Positions 19,573 to 32,373 are shown, numbered from the stretch's first letter. The stretch is DNA of 64,000 nt from Puniceicoccaceae bacterium (GCA_040830765.1 JBFOMH010000017.1:1-64000); one strand, 5' to 3'. Made by a program: numbers and translations. Notes: a model not told the origin generated them from the sequence alone.

Positions 19573-20715
19573 ATGGAAGTGAATGCACATTTTCGTGAAG
19601 GGAGGAAGAAGCAATGGGAAGCTCGTTGGTGGGTAAATCGTAAGCCACGTAGCAGATTTTTCGCTACAGAAAAGGAGCGCAATAAGTTTATTCGGGAGTT
19701 CAACAAAGAAATTTCCCAGCACGGTTCTGAGGTCTTTCAGTTCAACAAGGCGGTAGCTCGTCGCTGGCAGATCGTGTCTGAAATTCTTCCTGAGGTGGAT
19801 CCAGTTGAGATGGCTGAGTTTTGGTTAGCAAATCATTCCACGAAGGAACAGAGGACTTTTTCGGAGGCTATTCAGTCCTACCTGTTGGAAATGCAAAAGG
19901 CTGGTCGTGACAAGGAGTATCAAAAACATACGTTACGTGCGCTTGACCGCTTTGCCGCGAAGCATGGTGAAAAAACCCTGGCGGATATCACGAGTCAGGA
20001 GATTTCTGAATTCATCCATGACCTGCCATTTCAAGCGCTGACAAAGAATCACTACCGGACCTATCTCGTTGGTGCATTCAAATGGTTTATCAGTCAGGAA
20101 TGGATACACTCAAATCCTGCTTCTACAGTGCCCGCTCCTAAAGTGCATTTGGTTGAACCAGGCATTCTTACCATAGCAGAAACTGAATCACTATTCAGGG
20201 AAAACGAAAAGCTTGATCCAGGGATCTGTGGTTTACTGGCCCTTGGGGCTTTCGCTGGCATGCGTTCTTCTGCTATCAGTCGTCTCGCCTGGGATGAGTT
20301 GGATTTCAAAAATCGGACGATTCTCACACCGGCTTCCAAGACCAAAAAAGGCAGACGACACTTCATCGAGGATTTGCCAGACAACCTCTGGGAGTGGCTT
20401 GAGCGGACACCAAAGAAGGCATTCAAGATGACTCCCAGGCAATTTTCCTACCGCCGGGAGGCTGCATTCGCCCGTGCGGGTCTACTTGTTACAAAGGCTG
20501 CCGCAAAGGCAAGCAAGGGTAACTTGAATACGAAGGCCCCACCCAAAAACTGCCTTCGGCATTCCTTCGTTAGCTATCATGTCGCATTACACAGGGATCC
20601 TGGAAAAACCGCACTCCTGATCAGTCACAAGGATCAGGCAATTTTATGGGATCACTACCTCGGAGTGGCCAAGAGGGAGGATGCAAGCCGGTATTTCAGT
20701 CTTTCACCACAATGA
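19573..20715 (+). CDS. Tyrosine recombinase/integrase 2, paralogue of integrase 1
   Basis: FAGMRSSAI, KTKK, NCLRHSF, SH, DHY; ATG 19573 preferred over TTG 19537. Confidence 0.9.
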   Translation: MEVNAHFREGRKKQWEARWWVNRKPRSRFFATEKERNKFIREFNKEISQHGSEVFQFNKAVARRWQIVSEILPEVDPVEMAEFWLANHSTKEQRTFSEAIQSYLLEMQKAGRDKEYQKHTLRALDRFAAKHGEKTLADITSQEISEFIHDLPFQALTKNHYRTYLVGAFKWFISQEWIHSNPASTVPAPKVHLVEPGILTIAETESLFRENEKLDPGICGLLALGAFAGMRSSAISRLAWDELDFKNRTILTPASKTKKGRRHFIEDLPDNLWEWLERTPKKAFKMTPRQFSYRREAAFARAGLLVTKAAAKASKGNLNTKAPPKNCLRHSFVSYHVALHRDPGKTALLISHKDQAILWDHYLGVAKREDASRYFSLSPQ

Positions 20716-23679
20716 CTATGCAGTCCTCTTTTCGTCAGAGTCGTAGGTTACCCCGAATATAGTATCCCCAAGCCACTTTTTGAAAGAGGGGTTGTCACTG
20801 AACTGCTTGAAGAGCTCCGTATGGTCGGCAAGGAGTTCGATCATAACCCGCTGGAGCGCTTTGTCATGTTCGATCCGCGCATTCTGCTTATCTGAATGCT
20901 TCATTGCGTTCTGATATGCTTGGTCCGCCTTCACCTTTGCAGGAATTTCCTCAGCGATAACCATTCGAATCTTGTCAGCATCCTTCCAGTCGATGTTCCC
21001 AAACTGGTCGTTGAATGCCCGGATGATATTGCTCAACTGGTCGAGTTCTGGTTCAGGCTTGCGACCGCCTCCGCTGGTCGGAACAGGACCGACTTCGGCG
21101 TCCTCATCGGATAACGTGATTTCTGAGCTAGACTTAACTTCGACGCGATAACTATCCATATCAATTGCCTCAAGAATACCCTTCGCCAGATCTTCTTCCT
21201 TCGGAGCAGGAAGTTTTGGGATGAGAAAGTTGAGGAAGATGGATAGTTTTTTCCATTCGACGTTCGCAAATGGAAGGATAGAAGAAAGGAAACCATAAGT
21301 TCGCACAAAGGCCTTTGCCTTGCCCTTGAAATCCACCTGCCCATCTTCGTCGAGATCGACGGTGTACGTCGCCACGCAACTGTCGAGAATGGGATCCAGC
21401 TTATCTCGGTCTTCTCCGTTCAGGTAAAGCTTTACCAAACTATCAACTTGGCCTGCCGAATAGACCTGATAACCGTCGAGGTCGGCCTTCAAATCGTGCA
21501 GCTTGTTGGGATCAGTTTCCTCGCTAAGCACCGTAGTACGGTAGTAGGGATCAAAGGCCTTCTGGATGGTTTCAGCGTCGTTGTAGAAATCCAAAACAAA
21601 GCAGTCGTGCTTCTTAGGGTGTGCCCGATTCAGTCTTGAAAGGGTTTGCACTGCTTTTATGCCCGATAGAGCCTTATCTACATACATTGTGTGCAGTAGA
21701 GGCTCGTCGTAGCCAGTTTGGTATTTGTCAGCCACGATAAGAAAACGGTAGGGCTCGCTTACGATCTTATCTGTGATAGTGCTGCTTGGGAATCCGTTGA
21801 GGGAGCCTTCGGTCACTTTAGCCCCGCCGAACTCATACTCGCCCGAAAAGGCTACAATCGCTTTATTAGGACTTTTGCGTTCGTTCAGGTAAGTATTGAA
21901 AGCATGAAAATACTGGATGGCACGCTCGATCCCGTTGGTGATGATCATGGCACGTGCTTCACCACCAATTTTGCGCTGTGCCAACACCTGATCTTGGAAG
22001 TGGTCGATCATGATCTCCGTTTTCTCGCGTATTGCGTAGTCATGGGATTCGACGTATCGACGAAGTTTTTTCTGCGCTTTCTTGGAATCGTAAAGTGGGT
22101 CATCCTCCACTGTTTTAGCAAGCCGATAGTAGCTATCGACTGGCGTGTAGTGTTTCAGTACGTCCAGAATGAAGCCTTCCTGAATGGCTTGCTTCATAGT
22201 GTAGCTATGGAAGGGCTCATACTTGACCTTCCCATCCACCTCGGGATTGGGTTCACCGAAGATTTCAAGTGTTTTGTTCTTCGGAGTCGCGGTGAAGGCG
22301 AAATAACTGGCATTTTGGAGCATCTTTTCGGATTCGATGATACGGTTAACTTTGTCCTCGATGCTCTCCTCCTCCTGTTCCGATCCGTAGGCTCCAGGAT
22401 CCTCTAGTGCCATGTTCATGGCCGCAGCGGTTTTGCCTCCCTGGCTTGAATGTGCTTCATCGATAATGATCCCGAATTTCCGACCCCTGTGCTCGGTGCC
22501 TATTTCACTCAACACAAAGGGGAATTTCTGGACCGTAGTGATTATGATCTTTTTACCCGCCTTTAGGAAGCGACGAAGATCACCCGAACGTTCGGCGTGA
22601 CCAACTGTTGCCGACACTTGTGCGAACTGCTTGATCGTATCTCGGATTTGCTTGTCGAGTACTCGGCGGTCTGTGACGACGATGACCGAATCAAAAATAT
22701 GGCGTCTCTCCTGTTCCAGCCCGACCAGCTGGTGCGCCAGCCAAGCTATGGAATTACTTTTGCCACTTCCTGCCGAATGCTGGATGAGGTAGCGCTTGCC
22801 GCTGCCCCTCGATTGCGCGTCGGCTAGGAGTTTCCGAACGACGATCAGTTGGTGGTAGCGGGGGAAAATCTGCTTGTGCTTCTTCCGGCCCGTCTTTTCA
22901 TCCCGCTCCTCGACGACCTGTGCATAATTTTCCAGAATATCAGTTAGGCGTGGTTTGGTGAGTACTTCCTTCCAAAGGTAATCCGTTGCTAGCCCGGCGG
23001 GATTTGGTGGATTACCTGCTCCGTCATTGTGCCCCTTGTTGAAGGGCAGAAACCAGGATGCCTTGCCTTTGAGATGGGTGCACATCCTGACCTCGTGGTC
23101 ATCCACGGCAAAATGCACCATACAGCGGCCAAATTGGAAGAGCAGTTCCTTCTCGTCGCGGTCGCGCTTGTATTGTTGGACGGCGTCCTCGACGGTTTGC
23201 TTAGTCAGCTTGTTCTTCAGTTCAAAGGTTGCTACGGGCAAGCCGTTGATGAAAATTGCCAGATCCAGGGACAGTTTGGTTTCCGCCCGACTGTAGTGTA
23301 ACTGGCGGGTCACGCTAAAGATGTTGGCTGCATGGTTAGCCTCTGCCTTTGTATTGCCGGGTGTGGGTGTACCAAAGAAGCAATCAATACTCGTTGGGCC
23401 ATGCTTTATGCCCCGACGTAGGACATCGATCACCCCGCGCTTGGCGATCTCTCCCTGAAGGCGGTGGAGGAACTTCGTTCGCCTTGGACCTTCTGTTTCT
23501 ATGTCAAGAGCCTCCAATTCCTCTGGTTGGGTCGATTGTAGGAAGGCGAGGAGCTTGGGCCACTCAACCGCATGTTCCCTGTCGTAATCTTCTGGATTAC
23601 CCTGCACGTAACCCGCATTTGTTACCAGCGAGGCGACGATAAGGCTTTCCAATCCGTGTTCTGTAGTATCCGTTGGCAT
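20716..23679 (-). CDS. hsdR: Type I restriction enzyme R subunit
   Basis: DLAIFINGLPVATFELK, SAGSGKS, DEAH, TATP, QTLSRLNR. Confidence 0.95.
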   Translation of the reverse strand: MPTDTTEHGLESLIVASLVTNAGYVQGNPEDYDREHAVEWPKLLAFLQSTQPEELEALDIETEGPRRTKFLHRLQGEIAKRGVIDVLRRGIKHGPTSIDCFFGTPTPGNTKAEANHAANIFSVTRQLHYSRAETKLSLDLAIFINGLPVATFELKNKLTKQTVEDAVQQYKRDRDEKELLFQFGRCMVHFAVDDHEVRMCTHLKGKASWFLPFNKGHNDGAGNPPNPAGLATDYLWKEVLTKPRLTDILENYAQVVEERDEKTGRKKHKQIFPRYHQLIVVRKLLADAQSRGSGKRYLIQHSAGSGKSNSIAWLAHQLVGLEQERRHIFDSVIVVTDRRVLDKQIRDTIKQFAQVSATVGHAERSGDLRRFLKAGKKIIITTVQKFPFVLSEIGTEHRGRKFGIIIDEAHSSQGGKTAAAMNMALEDPGAYGSEQEEESIEDKVNRIIESEKMLQNASYFAFTATPKNKTLEIFGEPNPEVDGKVKYEPFHSYTMKQAIQEGFILDVLKHYTPVDSYYRLAKTVEDDPLYDSKKAQKKLRRYVESHDYAIREKTEIMIDHFQDQVLAQRKIGGEARAMIITNGIERAIQYFHAFNTYLNERKSPNKAIVAFSGEYEFGGAKVTEGSLNGFPSSTITDKIVSEPYRFLIVADKYQTGYDEPLLHTMYVDKALSGIKAVQTLSRLNRAHPKKHDCFVLDFYNDAETIQKAFDPYYRTTVLSEETDPNKLHDLKADLDGYQVYSAGQVDSLVKLYLNGEDRDKLDPILDSCVATYTVDLDEDGQVDFKGKAKAFVRTYGFLSSILPFANVEWKKLSIFLNFLIPKLPAPKEEDLAKGILEAIDMDSYRVEVKSSSEITLSDEDAEVGPVPTSGGGRKPEPELDQLSNIIRAFNDQFGNIDWKDADKIRMVIAEEIPAKVKADQAYQNAMKHSDKQNARIEHDKALQRVMIELLADHTELFKQFSDNPSFKKWLGDTIFGVTYDSDEKRTA

Positions 23680-23690
23680 CGGCTGCAGGA

Positions 23691-24548
23691 TTAAGCTAAT
23701 CCTTCCTTGTCGTGCTCTTTGATCTTCCCTGCAATAGCCTCAGCAAAGTCATCTGCTTCATCTTCTCGGATTATTTCGTGTGCCACGGGCGTCTTGTGGA
23801 GAATGTTCAGTGCCCTATCGAACGCTGCTTTGCTGCGCTCAAGTTGTGGTTGTCCGACGAGATAGTAAACTTTAAACCTTTCCGAGGCGTTTTGAACCCG
23901 CATGACACGGCCCAGCCACAAACTAGCTTTATCCGTGATGCTCTGTGCCTGCTGCAAATCGAAGGAGACACTCTCCAAACAATGCCACTGCTTATTCTTC
24001 CAGGAGTGGCTGAACTCAATCTCATCGTCTTTAACTGAGATCGTTTTGGGCGCGAACCGTGAAAGAATTTTCCGTTCCTCAAACTCCTTTTTAAAGCTCT
24101 TCCAGATTTCATCATCAGTCCGGCTCACTACTTCCTTTTTGTCTTCGTACCGTTCAACCATTCGTTCAAAAAGACTTTCCAAGGTTGCTGCCGGGTCATG
24201 AGTAAGCCCGCTGCCGAGAGGGGACCACTGAAAGGAGCTATCGTCAGCCGCGATAGCGGTGAAAGCCAGTTCGTCCGCACGTTGTGGCATTCCTTGAAGC
24301 TTCAATTCTTCACGAAACCGTCCGGCAAGGTCACTGAAACGGACCTGAAGGTGTCGGATGACCGTGCGGTAGTGATCCCCATCAAGACCGTGAAACATTT
24401 TTGAGAGTCGGCTATACTTTGGGCTGAGAAGAGCGTCGGCATAACGAAGTTCGGGGCACAGCAACACCACGCCAACGTTGGCGAACTCGCCGGTCGTGGT
24501 ATCGTGGACATACCGCAGAATGGTATAGGTATAGGGTTGCTTATTCAT
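23691..24548 (-). CDS. DUF3037-domain protein
   Basis: YTILRYVHD..GEFANVGVVL N-terminus; coupled to the kinase gene. Confidence 0.8.
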   Translation of the reverse strand: MNKQPYTYTILRYVHDTTTGEFANVGVVLLCPELRYADALLSPKYSRLSKMFHGLDGDHYRTVIRHLQVRFSDLAGRFREELKLQGMPQRADELAFTAIAADDSSFQWSPLGSGLTHDPAATLESLFERMVERYEDKKEVVSRTDDEIWKSFKKEFEERKILSRFAPKTISVKDDEIEFSHSWKNKQWHCLESVSFDLQQAQSITDKASLWLGRVMRVQNASERFKVYYLVGQPQLERSKAAFDRALNILHKTPVAHEIIREDEADDFAEAIAGKIKEHDKEGLA

Positions 24549-25333
24549 AGGAGGACCTCCAATTGTGTTTTAATTGTGTCAAATTTATCGATGCATTCGA
24601 GCAGATAATCTCGAATGCCTGTGGGCGAAAATGTCGAGCTTTGCCATCCAGCTGGAATTGCTGCGATATAGGCATCAAGCCGCTCCTTCGTGATTGCTTC
24701 AAGAGCTCCCTGGAGACGATTCAGGTCCAGGCCTCCACCGTTAAGTACTCGGCGAAAAACGTGGTCGTTCAGAAATTTCAATGCTTCGGCATCCCAAGGA
24801 TTGGAAGGAAAGATAGTAAGAAACTGCGAAAACGCCGACTCATGATCGAATATCACGAAGTCATTTCCCAGGAAGGCACAGTTCGGATTGGATGCTCTTC
24901 TGTCGGGATTTTGGATTATGGCGTCAAAGGCGAGTATCTCACCTGCCGTCGGCCTCATGGCTTTGTTCAAAGTCTTGTCGCGTGGCCAAAGGGTCGTGCC
25001 TGGTTCCCATTTGGCCAACCCGAAATTCCATCCAACGCTTCCGACGAGGAAGGGACGGTATTCTGTTTGTGCTACCGTTGCAGCGAAACCTTGGGTCACC
25101 TCCACTCGGTAGGGCTGGGGGACGGGAAGATCGAGGTCCTGGGCAAGTAGCGCGGAAAAGGCTTCACATAGGAGCTTGAACGGTTGCATCTCAGGGCAGC
25201 CTGTCAGCTTCACAAGCAACTCCATTTCATTTCCTTCCCCATCTTCACAGGCAAGAAAACAAGGGCGTGTCCGACCCGATCCCATGACTTTGTCGAAGCG
25301 TGTAGCAATTACGGTTGGCATTAAATCACTCAT
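24545..25333 (-). CDS. HipA-like Ser/Thr kinase
   Basis: GSGRTRP, LVK, CEAFS..LA, FDAIIQNPDRRASNPN, IFDHESAF. Confidence 0.82.
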   Translation of the reverse strand: MSDLMPTVIATRFDKVMGSGRTRPCFLACEDGEGNEMELLVKLTGCPEMQPFKLLCEAFSALLAQDLDLPVPQPYRVEVTQGFAATVAQTEYRPFLVGSVGWNFGLAKWEPGTTLWPRDKTLNKAMRPTAGEILAFDAIIQNPDRRASNPNCAFLGNDFVIFDHESAFSQFLTIFPSNPWDAEALKFLNDHVFRRVLNGGGLDLNRLQGALEAITKERLDAYIAAIPAGWQSSTFSPTGIRDYLLECIDKFDTIKTQLEVLL

Positions 25334-26772
25334 GCTTCGGCTTCCTCCAGTTCATGTTCGATGGGATTGAGGTCTTTTGGATCTTCATCAGCTGAGGTCG
25401 ATGCATCGCAAGCGGCGGACCAGTCACCCTCGGGTACGTCTATGCCGCGCACGTCCACTTGGCCAGTGACGACATCTGCTACCAGTCGGGTGCGGTATTC
25501 CGTGATCAGCTCGATCTCCCGCTCTGCGCGTGCAATGGCCGCGTCAATTGTAGACGTCTTCATGGCGATGTGTGTAAGTATGGTGCGTTGCTCGTCGAGG
25601 GGTGGGAGCGGAATCCATAGATTCCAAATAACACCTTGTCCGATGTTTTGCATGGAGCTGCTTGCCCCGTTCGCAGACGATTCAATTTGAACACGACTTC
25701 CTTTGCTACGGATGGCAAGAACTATGAATTGTGGAATTGCTAAATCGGGGTTTGCTCTGAATCTGAACAATTTATCACAAAGTAGAATATTCGGTGCATT
25801 TTCAAGTGCCCTGGCCGCAAGTCCGAGAAGCTCACGAGTATTTGCTCGGCTCACAAGTATATCGTCTGTGGTTATTGCCAAAGACTTGTCCACTTTCGCT
25901 TCTAGCGAAACAGGAAGTTTCTTGTTCTGGGTCAGATCTAATACACCCGAATTCACGCACCCCACCTTTAGGACACCAAACTCCTCTCCAGTGGCAGGCT
26001 GCGCGTCACATTGCGGGGACCATCCCTGCTCGATTGGTGTGATGACTCTCTTTAACTTGATAGCTTCCCAATTTTCAGGGATATTTCCGAGCCACTCGAT
26101 GCCGGAGGGTTTGGTGGAGGCGTGGGGATCTAGTCCGCGTACGATTGCTTGGTGGATAAGGTTTTGCTTCTGTTCCTTGAGCAGGGAGATCAGTTGCCGT
26201 TTGTTGCTGATGAAGGTACCGATTTGCGATGTTTTCCAGTCCAGATATCGCGCAATTTGCTTCTGCTCAGCCAAGGGCGGAACACAAATCCCTATCAAGC
26301 GGAAATGCTCGGGGCGTAAGCTCCACATATCAGAAGTAATCCCATAAGACCAACGCTCGGCCTCCTTGGCGAAACTCGGGGTCCGAAAGAAATAGTGAAA
26401 ATACCGAGGGTGATTACCTCCCCGCAAACGCATAACTATGTAGGCGGGACTTATGATTCCACGAAATTTTGATACACCTAAGGCGCCCTGCCAAGCCCTC
26501 ATTTTATTATACGCCAAGTCCTCGGGCAAAACGAGTTTGTATTTTGTTTTATCGAGGTTCGAAGAATCCTTCTTCGATGTATCTGAGAGCAATTCGGATT
26601 GTTGGATGATGCCCCGGTTGATGGTAACTGAAAGCAACTGTTCTTCCGGGTGGTTCTGATCAACTATTTCGCGGAATACTGCACGATTGGGAACAGATCT
26701 CCAATGGCTCGGAATTTTCCCAAGCCAGGGTGTGCCGGATTTCTGATAGCTGGGATATCTAGGAAGAATCAT
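25330..26772 (-). CDS. hsdS: Type I R-M specificity subunit
   Basis: SGTPWLGKIPSHW / SGIEWLGNIPENW repeats, PPLAEQ / PPLDEQ, VVTGQVDVR. Confidence 0.95.
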   Translation of the reverse strand: MILPRYPSYQKSGTPWLGKIPSHWRSVPNRAVFREIVDQNHPEEQLLSVTINRGIIQQSELLSDTSKKDSSNLDKTKYKLVLPEDLAYNKMRAWQGALGVSKFRGIISPAYIVMRLRGGNHPRYFHYFFRTPSFAKEAERWSYGITSDMWSLRPEHFRLIGICVPPLAEQKQIARYLDWKTSQIGTFISNKRQLISLLKEQKQNLIHQAIVRGLDPHASTKPSGIEWLGNIPENWEAIKLKRVITPIEQGWSPQCDAQPATGEEFGVLKVGCVNSGVLDLTQNKKLPVSLEAKVDKSLAITTDDILVSRANTRELLGLAARALENAPNILLCDKLFRFRANPDLAIPQFIVLAIRSKGSRVQIESSANGASSSMQNIGQGVIWNLWIPLPPLDEQRTILTHIAMKTSTIDAAIARAEREIELITEYRTRLVADVVTGQVDVRGIDVPEGDWSAACDASTSADEDPKDLNPIEHELEEAEA

Positions 26773-27577
26773 GTGGTATGCCCTCCCACGCCCGTTTTAA
26801 CGCAGCCATCCAGTTTCCGGTGGAGCAGTGAGATCATCGTAAGATAGTCCGCCGCATCATCCTCGCCGCTCCAAAGAATCTTCGGGCCATGAGCCAAGGG
26901 GTTGCGGACCGCCCCGAAACAGCCCTTCAGCAGCATGGCAAAGCCCTTGTGCTCGGATTGCTCTGTCTCCGTTCGAAGGGTATTGAAGGCAAGTATCGGA
27001 CTGCTTATTGAGAAGACCTTGTCGACTAAGGTAGCACCGTCGCCTTCGACGCCGGCAAGCTCACGAATTCGTTGTGCCAATCCCTTGGTCGCCTCGAACA
27101 CGGCATGAAAATAGTTTTCCTGCATCAGTTCGGCACGGCAATATTTTAGCACCTCCGGATGCAATATTCTCCCGGAAAACTTTTTCCGAATAGTTCTAAC
27201 TCTCTGCTCGGCCTCATCGAGCGTGGTCGCAGCCGCTGTTTGCGTGAACTTGCCATTTGATCCATAATTCAATCCGACGAAGGCGAGAATAGTATTTAGT
27301 TTTTTGCGGTGTGCTTCAAATTCTTCAGCCCGACCAGCGAACCGTGCTGGTGTGAGAAAGGATTGGATGAAGTCTATGACTTTATTCGCACAATGATGAT
27401 CTTTTTGAGTTTGGAGAAAAACCCGGTACAGACGACGCCACTTAGTGGACTCGCCACTATTATCGACCAGGCCTCTATTCTCTAGAACACGGCTGATATC
27501 AGTCCCCGAACCGCATTCACCGAGAACCTTGGCCAGCCCTTCGATAGTTCCCTCGTTAAATGATTCGATGAGACTCA

Positions 27578-27578
<1 letters not shown>
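26769..27578 (-). CDS. TIGR02391 (Ymh-like) family protein
   Basis: LHPEV..NYFHAVFEATK, SEHKGF..GAVRNPLAH. Confidence 0.8.
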
Positions 27579-29704
<2,126 letters not shown>

Positions 29705-30165
29705 TAAATTGTTCGGTACGAAAAGATGGGATCAGTTAAGTATCCAGCATATTTGATGCAAGGGCAATAGCGGGGCAAAACCGTAAAATTCCTATCTGGT
29801 TATGATTCTATCACTGCATATCGAACAACCACTTGGGCAACCTCCAAATGACGTAATCGGAATAACTCGAATGGCTCATACAAAAAATCTCTGTATACCA
29901 ATTACTTAGGATATGTGAACAAGTTTTCACTAAAAATCGCTTGCCAAATTCTGTTACGGTTCGGTTTAATCATAACCGCAATTGACCCTCCGAAAACCCA
30001 GGCGCAATGGTACAGGAGAGTGGTTGCCGCTGGCGGTCGAGGCGACTCTCCGCCCGCTATCCATCAGGGATACGTGGCCCTTGGAAGGGCTAGCCCCGCT
30101 GAACTGACCGGCGGTGAAAAGTGTCAGCAAAAAAGCGCATAATCCATAAATTTCCATGACCATAC

Positions 30166-30888
30166 ATGTCCAGTTCTCAAGCCTTTACCCATTCTCTCCA
30201 ACAGAAGCGGTCCCGCCGCCGGTGCCGCCACATCGACAAATTCAGGAAGCAACTCGAAGAACGGGGTATCCTCCTCGAGGAAGTGATCAGTTCCGATGAC
30301 TGTTACTGCACCGACCAAACCTCAGCACCTACCAGCAATCCTTCCGGTGAATCTGATAGCGATTGCGCCAATGAGTATCCAGAAAGGTGGAAGAGTGACC
30401 ACAAGGAGCTGATTTCCACCCTTGAGAAGGGATTTGATAAAGTCGGGGTAAATCTAACCACTCTGGCCCAGCAAAACGAGTCTTTGAAACTCAGCCTGGC
30501 GGAGCAGGTTGGTGCAATTGGGCGGGAGGTCGCTCCTGAGTATTTCCAGTGGATTCTCACGATTTTAGCGACTGGTTCGCAAAGGGCTGCCGCCGAGGCA
30601 CTGGGAATCAAACGATCCACATTCAGTGATCGATTGAAGCGATATGCTGGAAATGGCGGAATATACTCGTTTCTTTTCAGCCTGGTTAAGCTCAGGAGCC
30701 GTGTGCTCGGATCCCGAAAGCTGGAGCATTACAACGAGGAATACCTGGCACACCAGAATCCGGGTGACGGGTACAACGATGAGGAACTGCTCCACGATCT
30801 TCTGGATGCCCTGGAATCACAGAATGAGCGAAACTGGCCAAAGGTCCGCCAGGAATTAGTCGATCTATTGAAGGAACACATCGGATAA
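30166..30888 (+). CDS. HTH DNA-binding protein, candidate phage regulator
   Basis: GSQRAAAEALGIKRSTFSDRL helix-turn-helix; start uncertain. Confidence 0.55.
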   Translation: MSSSQAFTHSLQQKRSRRRCRHIDKFRKQLEERGILLEEVISSDDCYCTDQTSAPTSNPSGESDSDCANEYPERWKSDHKELISTLEKGFDKVGVNLTTLAQQNESLKLSLAEQVGAIGREVAPEYFQWILTILATGSQRAAAEALGIKRSTFSDRLKRYAGNGGIYSFLFSLVKLRSRVLGSRKLEHYNEEYLAHQNPGDGYNDEELLHDLLDALESQNERNWPKVRQELVDLLKEHIG

Positions 30889-30902
30889 GGTTTTTACAAA
30901 AG

Positions 30903-31092
30903 TGTCCGGGCAGTGTCCGGATTTCATAAATATATTTCATGCAAGGGGAAGCGTAATTGGCTTCTCCTTTTTTGTGCGCAAATCACACGAAAATCCGGAC
31001 AAAAACCCGGACAAGGGCAAAAGTGTCCGGATCGGCTTGAGATGCGGGCTGGCGGGCGATTTTGAAGAAAAATCCGGCCAATAATCCGGACA
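30903..31092. promoter_or_regulatory. Array of seven YCCGGMCA sites (operator/iteron-like)
   Basis: Reverse copies at 30903, 30914, 31024; forward copies at 30994, 31006, 31073, 31085. Confidence 0.7.
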
Positions 31093-31121
31093 CGGGCGGG
31101 TGTTGTTGAACCGCATCAACA

Positions 31122-31412
31122 ATGTCACTCGAAAACAAAATCGACCAACTTTCCCGCCAGGTAAAAGACCTGGGCGAAAAAATCACCAGCGAACTGAACC
31201 CGCAGAACAAATTCTGCCTTAAGACTGAGGAGCTAGCCCAGCGATGGGACGTGTCCATCGACAGGGTCCGCCGGCTGGTGCGCGAAAAGAAGATCAAGCC
31301 CATGCGCGGGCTGGGGCAAAACCGCTTCACCCTGGATGAAATCAGGCGCTTTGAGAACCGGGAGCAGGATGTTGACAAGCTCGCCCTGCTTCGGAGCCGG
31401 CGCCTCGGCTAA
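31122..31412 (+). CDS. Excisionase/HTH_17-like DNA-binding protein
   Basis: LKTEELAQRWDVSIDRVRRLVREKKIKP..RFTLDEIRRF. Confidence 0.7.
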   Translation: MSLENKIDQLSRQVKDLGEKITSELNPQNKFCLKTEELAQRWDVSIDRVRRLVREKKIKPMRGLGQNRFTLDEIRRFENREQDVDKLALLRSRRLG

Positions 31413-31440
31413 AAAACCTTTCCCGGCTCCGGGGGAGGTC
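31411..31440. terminator. GC-rich hairpin after the excisionase-like gene
   Basis: acctttcccg-gctc-cgggggaggt preceded by an A run (U tract on the minus strand). Confidence 0.45.
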
Positions 31441-31485
31441 TTCCGGCGCCATCCAACAAAAACAAATTAACACAAGGATAATACC

Positions 31486-32373
31486 GTGTTCCAAAAAGCA
31501 TCGCGTAAGCGAATTAAACTGAAGACCGCCATCACCGGCCCTGCCGGAAGCGGCAAAACCACATCGGGCCTGCGCCTCGCAAGGGGGCTTGCCGGACCAG
31601 AGGGCAAAGTAGCCCTCATTGATACCGAGAACGGGAGTGCATCGCTCTATAGCGACCGCTACGACTTCGATGTCTGTGAAATCTCACCGCCCTTCGATCA
31701 CCAGAAATTCATCGAGGCGATTAAATCAGCTGTAGCTGCCGGTTACGATGTGATGATTATCGACTCGGCCAGCCACTTCTGGGAAGGCATCCTCGAATAC
31801 AAGGACAAGCTGGATCGCCGGGGCGGTAATTCCTTCACCAACTGGAACGAGGCAGGTCGCCAGTTCAAGGACATCTTGAATTCTGTCCTGCAATCTCCAA
31901 TCCATGTCATCTGCTGCCTGCGCTCAAAGATTGATTACGTAATTGAACAGGATGGCAGGGGGAAGGCTACGCCGAAGAAAGTGGGCTTAGCCCCCATCAT
32001 GCGAGACGGGGTCGAATACGAATTCACAACTGTCTTCGACGTTGACTTGTCACACAATGCAGCCACCTCAAAGGACCGCACCGGGCTATTCACCGACAAG
32101 ATTTTCCAGATCACGGAGGAAACCGGATCACAGCTGGCCAAGTGGTTGGAATCCGCTGGATCAGTGGAAGCTCCACAACCCCCCGCAGAGGAATCGGTCT
32201 ACATGGCAATTGATGTCCAGGTGGCGGAAATTGCTGATCTGATCCAGAAGGGGAGGTTCACCCCTGAACAGGTAACCAAATGGCGTCTGTCCGATCCATC
32301 ATCGCTCACAAGGGAGCAGGCCGACAAGGCCATCGTCTTCCTGCAATCCAAACTTGATGGAGGTCAGGCGTGA
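31486..32373 (+). CDS. Phage AAA_24 / Sak4-like ATPase recombinase
   Basis: GPAGSGKT, IDTE, IIDSASHFW, EYEFT, KDRT. Confidence 0.85.
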   Translation: MFQKASRKRIKLKTAITGPAGSGKTTSGLRLARGLAGPEGKVALIDTENGSASLYSDRYDFDVCEISPPFDHQKFIEAIKSAVAAGYDVMIIDSASHFWEGILEYKDKLDRRGGNSFTNWNEAGRQFKDILNSVLQSPIHVICCLRSKIDYVIEQDGRGKATPKKVGLAPIMRDGVEYEFTTVFDVDLSHNAATSKDRTGLFTDKIFQITEETGSQLAKWLESAGSVEAPQPPAEESVYMAIDVQVAEIADLIQKGRFTPEQVTKWRLSDPSSLTREQADKAIVFLQSKLDGGQA

